Both the position numbers and the translations under genes were made by a program. Below, piece by piece: positions 1-11,500 of a stretch of 64,000 nucleotides of DNA. The notes beneath the pieces were generated by a model. The model saw only the letters and a list, made by a program, of their open reading frames with translations. It had not been told where the DNA came from and did not search any database. The stretch is from Lingula anatina (taxonomy: Eukaryota; Animalia; Brachiopoda): NCBI GenBank assembly GCA_051362555.1, contig CM120640.1, positions 61,854,788-61,918,787 of the forward strand, read 5' to 3'. The first letter of the stretch is position 1. The number at the start of each line of letters is the position of its first letter.

Positions 1-3000
1 GAAACATCACTAGCTCCAGAGAAAAGTGTAGCACTAGCACCAGCAAAATTTATACACTGTTCCCGAGAGTAACACTGGTTATTATGCCAATAAGGTTTAT
101 CAGATGGACAAGCACATCCAGCACGACACGCCAAATTACACGGTACGCCAATGTTTGGTTGCAAGCATGTGGATGAGCATTGAGAAGCACACTGCTGGTA
201 GATCTGTCCGCCAGTGCATGCTGTAAAGCAACAAAGCAGAAGCAAATTAGCTCAGCCACGAAAGAAATGTGCAAAAGAAGCCACTTGTCAATAGAATTGT
301 CGCTAATGTGAAGTATAGCTCCTGCACAAGCAAACAAATGTACAATGCATTGGGAAATAACATTGGCATTTATGCTAGTATGTTTTACCAGTGTAATGTC
401 AGTAAGTGACAGCATGCAGGGAGTGTTTGGTAGAGTAACTTGAGTTGATTGACATGCTCTTATGGTATTTATACAACTGCGCATAATATAAACGAGGGAA
501 AAGGCCGCTAGATATTGCATGAGGTAGAAATAGAAATGAAGAGACCGGCACAGGTAACAACTGGACAGTAGTTAAATAAATAATATGAAAGATAATATCT
601 GAGTTGTATTTGCTACCTGGCTTAACATCAGCAAAAACATCGTCACACCAGTAAAACAATGACTGAATATACATACACTGAGTTGAAACACCACTAGCTC
701 CAGAGAAAAGCGTGGCACTGGCACCAGCAAAATTGATACACTGTTCCCGAGAGTGACATTGGTTATTATGCCAATAAGGTTTATCAGATGGACAAGCACA
801 TCCAGCACGACACGCCAAATTACACGGTACGCCAATGTTTGGTTGCAAGCATGTGGATGAGCATTGAGAAGCACACTGCTGGTAGATCTGTCCGCCAGTG
901 CAAGCTGTAAAGCAACAAAGCAGAAGCAAATTAGCTCAGCCACGAAAGAAATGTGCAAAAGAAGCCACTTGTCAATAGAACTGTCGCTAATGTGAAGTAT
1001 AGCTCCTGCACAAGCGAACAAATGTACAATGCATTGGGAAATAACATTGGCAGTTATGCTAGTATGTTTTACCAGTGTAATGTTAGTAAGTGACAGTATG
1101 CAGTGAATAAGAGCAGGGAGTGTTTGGTAGAGTAACTTGAGTTGGTTGATATGCTCTTATGGTATTTATACAACAGCGCATAATATAAACGAGGGAGAAG
1201 GCCGCTAGAGGTTGCATGAGGTAGAAATAGAAATGAAGAGACCGGCACAGGTAACAACTGGACAGTAGTTAAATAAATAATATGAAAGATAATATCTGAG
1301 TTGTATTTGCTACCTCGCTTAACATCAGCAACAGCATCGTCACACCAGAAAAACAATGAATGAATATACATACACTGAGTTGAAACACCACCAGCTCCTG
1401 AGAAAAGTGCAGCACTGGCACCAGCAAAATTGATACACTGTTCCCGAGAGTAACATTGGTTATTATGCCAGTAAGGATTATCAGATGGACAAGCACATCC
1501 AGCACGACACGCCCGATTACACGGTACGCCAATGTTTGGTTGCAAGCATGTGGATGAGCATTGAGAAGCACACTGCTGGTAGGTCTGTCCGCCAGTGCAT
1601 GCTGTAATGCAACAAAGCAAAAGCGAATAACCTCAGACATAGAAAAATGCGCGAATTAATAGAATTGTCGCTATTGTAAAGTACAGCTCCTGCACAAGCG
1701 AAAAAGTACAATGGATTGGCAAATAACATTGGCAGTTATGCTAGTATGTTTTACCGGTAATACACTGAATGAATATACATACACTGAGTTGAAACACCAC
1801 TAGCTCCAGAGAAAAGCGTGACACTGGCACCAGCAAAATTGATACACTGTTCCTGAGAGTAACATTGGTTATTATGCCAATAAGGTTTATCAGATGGACA
1901 AGCGCATCCAGCTCGGCATTGTCTTGTACACGGTACGCCAATGTTTGGTTGGTAGCATGTGGATGAGCATTGAGAAGCACACTGCTGGTAGGTCTGTCCG
2001 CCAGTGCAAGCTGTAATGCAACAAAGCAAAAGCGAATAACCTCAGACATAGAAAAATGCGCGAGAAATAACCATTTCTTCATTAATTGTAATGACATGCA
2101 AGCATTATACCATCAGCCACCTCGTTTGTTATAAAGTGGGAATCAACCACATTCATTTTGTGCCAATACAAGAAGCACCCCGAAGATTTTTTATGCACAG
2201 CATGGTCCAAACAACCGAATGGAAACTAACGCTATATACATGTTGGGCGCCTACTCACTTTGGCTGACGCCACTTCCACTAAGGGTCATCTGGCACTCCA
2301 TCAGGGTTCGACATTGTCCGTTGTGGAGGTAAGGCTTTGTGCTGGGACATTCACATCCAGATCGACATGGGGCAAAATTGTTGCAGTTTTGGTTCTGGTT
2401 AATGTTGTAACACGTTTTCACATCGCACTTTGACAGGCACTGCGTGAACGTTTGACCTCCGCTGCAAACTATTTGAAAAAGAAACAAAAAGGGAATCGGT
2501 GTTAATCAAATATCAACATCGCTTTCATGCATGGATTAGACAACTCGCAGTAGAGCCTATTTCATTTCCCACATATTGTTTAAATCATTCTTCTATAGTA
2601 ACATTCTATCCTATCTCCAATCACCGTCAGAGACTTACACTGTCCTGCAGTTGCGCCAGCATTGGATCCAGTGCTGGTAATACCTCCATTTATTTGACTG
2701 CATTGGTTCAGGTCGTGACACTGGCCATTGTGTAGGTAGGGCCTGTGAGACGGACAGACACAGCCTGGTTGACAGGGGAGGTTATTACACGTGCGTCTGA
2801 GTTCGAAACATGTATTTGGACATTGAGATGCGCAGTTACTGTAAATTTGTCCACCGGAACATGCTGAAAAAGCCAATTACCAGAGTCAGTTATGGTGATC
2901 AAGTGGATGGTTAGCACGTTTTGCTTTTCACTTTTTTTCATTTTTCACGCATATATAGGCATATACTCGGAGGATTGCAGTTCTCCTTATCCTTGTTGAA

Positions 3001-5540
3001 TTCTGAGAAATTGCCATGGGCGTCCGCAGAGGGGGGTCAATGGGGTCACTCCCCCCCCCCCCCCCCCCCCGGAATTTTGGCGGGCACATTAATTGCGGGT
3101 ACCCAGCCAATCATTATCTCCCACTTCGATGACTTTGACCCCCCCCCCCCGGAAAATTTTCTGCTGACGCCCATGGAAATTGCCAGTTTAAGACTAAGTA
3201 CTGTTGATATTACACGATGAAATGATAGGGAATATCAACAGAACTTAGCCAGTTTAAGACTAAGTACTGTTCATATTCCCTATAATTTCATCATGTAATT
3301 GTTAGTGAAATCATTGATAAAATAATTTGATCAAAGCTGATGAGATACATTTAAATACATCTTGCAAAAAATGTTATGAAGTCTGATACATTTAGAACAA
3401 ATTTGGTGCTATAGCACTTCAAAAAAATTTGAATTCCTCATTTTTGCATGGTCTAAGAAATGATCTGAGTGCTTAGAGAAGAAAAATAGATGTCTGTTAT
3501 TCCAATTGGTATATTTTTTGTTAATTCTACAATATGCAAAAAGCACGCAGCCAGTAGATCTGACTACCAATGCAAGATGGAAGTCGACGACAGGCAATTC
3601 ATCAGGGGAAACCCGTAAACGAGATGTAGGGTGCAGGTTTCGCCTGGAAGTCTATCAGACTATGCATGTATCTACAATGTCGATAAGTTGCAATTTAGTA
3701 AACGCTAATTGCAAAATATAGAATTGTTTCATTGTTGGCGAATCATTGTACATGTACATATGAATTAGTTGATGACTGACAAACCTAAAAGAAAAAGTAT
3801 AGACAGATAATTTAACAAAGCAACAACAAACACACACACACACACGCATGTCACGTTTTCATTTCATTGGTGTGACAAGCTGAACAAGGTTACAAAACTG
3901 ATATACATACACTGGGTTGAACCGCCACTAACGCCACCTGCGTTTGAAACACCACTAGCTCCAGAGAAAAGCGTAGCACTGGCACCAGCAAAATTGATAC
4001 ACTGAGTCTGAGAGTAACATTGGTTATTATGCCAATACGGTTTATCAGCGGGACAAGCGCATCCAGCACGACACGCCCGATTACACGGTACGCCAATGTT
4101 TGGTTGCAAGCATGTAGATGAACACTGAGAAGCACACTGCTGGTAGGTCTGGCCACCAGTGCAAGCTGTAACGCAACGAAGCAGAAAAGAATAAGCTCAG
4201 TCACAGAACATTACAAGCAATGAAACAAATTGAAAATATTAAAACAAAATAAAAAACACTTTAGATTTTCGTTTCATTGGTATGGAACCCGCACAAGATT
4301 ACAAAACTGATATACATACACTGGGTGGAATCACCACTAACACCACCTGTGTTTGAAACACCACTGGCACCAGAGAAAAGCGTAACACTGGCACCAGCAA
4401 AGCTGATACACTGTTCCTGAGAGTAACATTGGTTATTATGCCGGTAAGGTTTATCAGATGGACAAGCGCAACCAGCGCGACACGCCCTATTACACGGTAC
4501 GCCAATATTTGGTTGGTAGCATGTAGATGTGCATTGAGAAGCACACTGCTGGTAGGTCTGTCCGCCAGTGCAAGCTGTAACGCAACAAAGCAAAAGTAAA
4601 TAACTTCAGCTATAGACCATTTTACAACCAATGCTACGAATCAAAAAGTTTTATGAATCACAACAGAGCAGACCAGTGAATTTGTAAATCGCAAGTAATA
4701 TAAAAATAAACCAGTAATTAACGTTATCAGTAGGAAAACACACTGACCCAAAATGTTCAGTGCACAAGCAAAAGAAGACTGGGAAAGATGAAAAGTAACG
4801 TGGGATTTATCAGCGTCACTAGTCAACGAAATAGGAAACGAGATTTTGTCAGAGAGCATGTTCATATATGGCACTCTGTTCATTACCTCGATTAATGGAT
4901 ATGCACTGTGAATCAAAACAATTTTAGCCCATCAATCCCATAAAACAAGCTGAAAAGCACTTTTACAAACAATGAAGCCATGCCGTATTGCAATTAACAT
5001 TTTTATAAGAAAAAATACATACTCTGGCTAGAACCGCCACTAACGCCACCTGTGTTTGAAACACCACTGGCACCAGAGAAAAGCGCAGCACTGGCACCAG
5101 CAAAATTGATACACTGTATCTGAGAGTAACATTGGTTATTATGCCAATAAGGTTTATCAGATGGACAGGCGCATCCAGCGCGACACGCCAAATTACACGG
5201 TACACCTATGTTTGGTTGGTAGCATGTAGATGAGCATTGAGAAGCACACTGCTGGTAGATCTGTCCACCAGTGCACGCTGTAACGCAAAAAAAGCAGAAG
5301 CGAATAAGCTCAGTCATAGAAAACAGTGCAACCAATGCTACATATTGAAAATTTTCTTGACTCACATAATGCATCCATACGATTAATGTTAAACACTTAA
5401 ATAACTCTAAAAATCATTTAAAATTACTTATGCTAGTGGAAATGAAACACAAGCACTAGCAAAGGAGGTGCAGTGAATTTGCAAATAGCATTGGTTATTA
5501 TTTCAATAAACCAGTGATAAAAATAATCAGTAAGTAGATA

Positions 5541-5581
<41 letters not shown>

Positions 5582-8500
5582 CAGTGCATTAGCAAAATAG
5601 ATTGGGAAAGATGAAAAGTAATGTGTGATTTATCAGCCTCACTAGTCAACGAAATAGGAAACAGATTCTGTCGGAGGGCATGAAAATACAAGGAGCTCCC
5701 TTTAACGTCCATTAATTGATATTCATTATGAATCAAAACAAGTTTTAGCCCATCAATCCCATAAAACAAGCTGAAAAGCACTTTTACAAACAACGAAGCC
5801 TTGTCGTAATGCAATAAACATTTTTATAAGAAGATATACATACTCTGGCTAGCACCGCCACTAACGCCACCTGTGTTTGAAACACCACTGGCACCAGAGA
5901 AAAGCGAAGCACTGGCACCAGCGAAGCTGATACACTGTTCCTGAGAGTAACATTGGTTATTATGCCAATATGGTTTATCAGATGGACAGGCGCATCCAGC
6001 GCGACACGCCAAATTACATGGTAAGCCTATGTTTGGTTGGTAGCATGTGGATGAGCATTGAGAAGCACACTGCTGGTAGGTCTGTCCGCCAGTGCAAGCT
6101 GTAACGCAACAAAGCAGAAACAAATAAGCTCAGTCATAGAATACAGTGGAACCAATGCTACAAATTGAAAAAAATTTGACTCACATAATACATCTATGAG
6201 ATTAATGTTAAATACTTATATAACTCTAAAAACACCACCAAAAACTTACTGGTGCTAGTAAAAATGAAACACTACAGGTGCAGATAGAGGCCGTCTTCTG
6301 GGTCTTCCGGAAGACGATCCCAATTTTTCAAGTTTACATTGAAGGTCATCTAATTTGTCTGTCGTTAGACGGTCAAAATGGAGGACGGATGAACAAAGGT
6401 AATTTGGAAGATTGTCAGAAAATATCTCTCGATCCGCCCCTGCACTAGTATTAGCAAAGGGTGTACAGTGAATTTGCAAATGGTATTGGTTATTCTTTCA
6501 ATAAACCAGTGATAAAAATAATGAGTAGGAAGACATAAAACCAAAATATTCAGTGCACTAGCCTTAGCCCATCAATCTCATAAAACAAGCCGAAAAGCAC
6601 TTTTACAAACAATAAAGCCTTGTTGTAATACATACTCTGGCTAGAACCGCCACTAACGCCACCTGTGTTTGAAACACCACTGGCACCAGAGAAAAGCGCA
6701 GCACTGGCACCAGCGAAGCTAATACACTGTTCCTGAGAGTAACATTGGTTATTATGCCAATAAGGTTTATCAGATGGACAAGCGCATCCAGTGCGACACG
6801 CCAAATTACACGGTACGCCAATGTTTGGTTGGTAGCATGTAGATGAGCATTGAGAAGCACACTGCTGGTAGGTCTGTCCGCCAGTGCAAGCTGTAACGCA
6901 ACAAAGCAGAAACAAATAAGCTCAACAATAGAACATTTTGCAACAATGCTACAAATTTAATAGATTTTTGAATTACATAATGCATTTTATTCCATTAATG
7001 CTAAACAATTATATAACTAAAACGTCACTTAAACCTTACTGGTGCTAGTGAAAATAGAACACTGGCGCCAGTAAAGGAAGCACAGTGAATTCCAAAGTGC
7101 ATTGATTATTATTCTTATAAATCAGTGACAAACATCAATTGGAGGAAATCATACATCCGAAATGTTCAGTGCATTTACAAAGTAGACTGGGAAAGATAAA
7201 AAGTAATGTTGCTAAATTATTCAGCCTCGCTAGTCAACGAAAAGGGAAACAAATGTTGCTGGAGAGCAATTAATGGAAATACGTTGTGAATCACAAAAGA
7301 TTTTAGCCCACCAATCCCATAAAACAAGCTGAAAATCACTTTTACAAACAATGAAGCCATGCCGTAATGCAATTAACATTTTTAACAAGTTATACATACA
7401 CTGGCTAGAACCGCCACTAACACCACCTGTGTTTGAAACATCTCTGGCACCAGAGAAAAGCGTAGCACTGGCACCAGCAAAGGTGATACACTGTATCTGA
7501 GAGTAACATTGGTTATTATGCCAATAAGGTTTATCAGATGGACATGCGCATCCAGCGCGACAAGCCAGATTACACGGTACGCCAATATTTGGTTGGTAGC
7601 ATGTAGATGAGCACTGAGAAGCACACTGCTGGTAGGTTTGTCCGCCAGTGCAAGCTGTAACGCAACAAAGCAGAAGCAAATAAGCTCAGCCATAGAACAT
7701 TTTGCAACCAATGCTACAAATTTAAAAGATTTTTGAATCACATAATGCATCTTTACAATTAATTAATTAATGTTAAACAATTATTTAACTCTAAAAACAT
7801 CAGTCAAAACGTATAGGTGCTAGTGGAAATAAAGTATTGGCACCGGTAAAGAAGCGCAGTTAATCTGCACATCGCATTGCCTATCATTCCAATTAAAGAT
7901 TGATTAATTTTATCAGTGGGAAAACACATTAACCCAAAATGTTCAGTGCGCTAGCAAAACAGACTGGGTAAGATTTTAGTTTTTATCAATGTCAATACTC
8001 AACGAAATAGAAAACAGATTTTGCTGGAGAACATGTAAATATAAATACACGGCGCTCTCTTCAACGGATGATGGAAATGCATTGTGAATCAAAACAAGTT
8101 TTATCCCATCATCCCATAAAACAAGCCGAAAAGCACTTTTACAAACAATGAAGCTATGCTGTAATGCATTTAACTTTTTTTATAAGAAGATATACATACT
8201 CTGACTAGAACCGCCACTAACGCCACCTGTGTTTGAAACTCCAGTGGCTCCAGAGAAAAGCGACGCACTGGCACCAGCAAAATTGATACACTGAGTCTGA
8301 GAGTAACATTGGTTATTATGCCGATAAGGTTTATCAGATGGACAAGCACATCCTGCGCGGCACGGCAAAGTACACGGTACGCCAATGTTTGGTTGGAAGC
8401 ATGTAGATGAGCATTGAGAAGCACACTGCTGGTAGGTCTGTCCGCCAGTGCAAGCTGTTACACAATAAAGTGAAAGCTCAGCCATAGAATATTGTTTAAT

Positions 8501-11500
8501 AAAAGCTACAGGTTAAACAAACTTTTTTTATCCCAGAGTGCAGCCGTGTGATTACTGATAAACATTTATATATCTCTGAACACATCACCACAGTAAATGT
8601 CAGCAGACAAGTACATAAACATTCAGAAGTGTAACAGTGGCACCAACGAAGGAAGCATACAGAATTTGCAAGAATGGTTAATATGGCACCAAGCTTTTCA
8701 GTTTAACATACAAGCTTACTTACTTTGGCTGCCGCCACTACCACTAAGGGTCATCTGGCACTCCATCAGGGTTCGGCATTGTCCGTTGTGGAGGTAAGGC
8801 TTTGTGCTGGGACATTCACATCCAGACCGACATGGGGCGAAATTGTTGCAGTTTTGGTTCTGGTTAATGTTGTAACACGTTTTCACATCGCACTTTGACA
8901 GGCACTGCGTGAAAGTTTGCCCTCCGCTGCAAACTATTTGAAAAGGAAACAAAAAAGTAAATAATCGGAGACTTAGAATTGCGCCCTTCTCTTGTACAGT
9001 TGAGCACAATTCCCAATCTTCACAGCATATGCCTGTGTAAATCTCAAAGAAAATATCAATATTCTTTTTGTCAAATAGACATTTGAGACACATTTTGAAA
9101 CTTTCTATATAAATGATACGATAACTGAAAAAGTAATGATTGTCAACACGGTATGTTTGGAAACTGTATCTGCAAGGGGTATTGGTTTTTAATAGCAGTT
9201 AGCCTCATCAGTATGGCAAACACAAGTATGGCAAGTGGAAGTAATCACTCAATACATAAAGGGAAGTTTGGCGGCTGAGTCAAACGTTGTTTTATGGCGA
9301 CGGATTGTAACCTAGTTCCGACGGGATACACACTAAACTGAAACACTACTAACGCCACCTGTATTTGAAACTCCACTGGCTCCAGCGAAAAGCGTAGCAC
9401 TGGCACCAGCAAAATTGATACACTGAGTCTGGGAGTAACATTGGTTATTATGCCAATATGGTTTATCAGATGGGCAAGCGCATCCAGCGCGACACGCCAA
9501 ATTGCACGGTACACCAATGTTTGGTTGGTAGCATGTAGATGAGCATTGAGAAGCACACTGCTGGTAGGTCTGTCCGCCAGTGCATGCTGTAACGTAAATA
9601 AGCAGAATAAATAAGCTCAGCAACAGGACACATAATATTGTGCAATTAAAAAGCAGGTAAAAATACACTGATGAATCCCAAAGTGCATCTGAATCTATAG
9701 GTTAAATGTTAAACGTTATTTTGTTTACAATAAAAGACACACTCTGACTTGACAATTAACAAGTGGTAAAAAAAGGTGAAGCACTTCCATAAGCAAGGGT
9801 GGCGGAGTGGTGGAGTTGAAAGGCACATTGGTTATTTTGACAGTAAGCTTTATCAGTTAATCGAGGGACAGATATAAATATATACCCTGGGTTGAACCAC
9901 CACTAATGCCACCTGTGTTTGAAGCTCCGCTAGATCCAGAGAAAAGTGTAGCACTGGCACCAGCAAAGTTTATACACTGTATCTGAGAGTAACATTGGTT
10001 ATTATGCCAATAAGGTTTATCAGATGGACAAGCGCATCCAGCACGACACGCCAAATTACACGGTACGCCAATGTTTGGTTGGTAGCATGTGGATGAGCAT
10101 TGAGAAGCACACTGCTGGTAGGTCTGTCCACCAGTGCAAGCTGTAAAACAACAAAGCAGAAGCGAGATAAGCTCAGCAACAGAACAGCAAGCCAAATAGG
10201 CCCGAGAAATTCATTGGTGCCTCCATATGGCTTATGTAATACATTTTTTTGTAAAAATGTAAGACACTCTGACTTGAGTAAAAGTTAGGGGAAAATGAAG
10301 CACTATAGCACCACCAAAAGAAGCACACGGAATCGGTTAATATAACAGTGAACTTATTATATGTAAAACAGAATGGATATACTTACACTGTGATGAATCA
10401 CCACTAACACCACCTGTATTTGAAACTCCACTGGCCCCAGAGAAAAGCGTAGCACTAGCACCGGCAAAGGTGATACACTGTATCTGAGAGTAACATTGGT
10501 TATTATGCCAATATGGTTTATCAGATGGACAAGCACATCCAGCACGACACGCCCTATTACACGGCACGCCAATGTTTGGTTGGTAGCATGTAGATGAACA
10601 TTGAGAAGCACACTGCTGGTAAGTCTGTCCACCAGTGCAAGCTGTAACGCAACGAAGCAAAAGCAAATAAGCTCAAAAAGCTCAAAAATTGAATTGTGTT
10701 TAATCAGAGCTGCTTTTCAAACTATTAAGTGCCATCGAGCAACTGCATGATTTATGGTAAATATAATATATATATCTCTGAATTTTATTCAATTTCAGGA
10801 CCATTGACTTGAAAAACACTGACCACAGCAGAGGAAGCACACTGAATCTCAAAGGCACATTGGTTATTATGTCAGTAAGCTTTATCAATTAAGCGAGGAA
10901 CAGATATAAATATATACCCTGGGTTGAACCACCACTAACGCCACCTGTGTTTGAAGCTCCGCTAGATCCAGAGAAAAGTGTAGCACTTGCTCCCGCGAAG
11001 TTTATACATTGTATCTGAGAGTAACATTGGTTATTATGCCAATATGGTTTATCAGATGGACAAGCACATCCAGCACGACATGCCAAATTACACGGTACGC
11101 CAATGTTTGGCTGGAAGCATGTAGATGAACACTGAGAAGCACACTGCTGGTAGGTCTGTCCACCAGTGCAAGCTGTAACGCAACAAAGCAGAAGCGAATA
11201 AGCTCAGCCATTGGTAAAATAACTGAAGAAACAACTGTATTGAACGACAATACATGTACGTGGCATTTTGACGTATTTCACAAAAATAGAGACGCGCAGT
11301 TTTACAGTATTTTGATGAAATTTCAGTGATAACATCAGCAGTAAATGGTTTAAAAGAATGAAGCAATAGTTAAAGTTAAATGAAAGCATCTAAAGCAAAA
11401 AAAGTAAAAATAAAAAGCGAGTTCTCTCACATACAGAAACTAAAATGTTACATGTAAAATTAAGGGACATATCACGCGTTTCTTCTAAATAGAAATTCTT

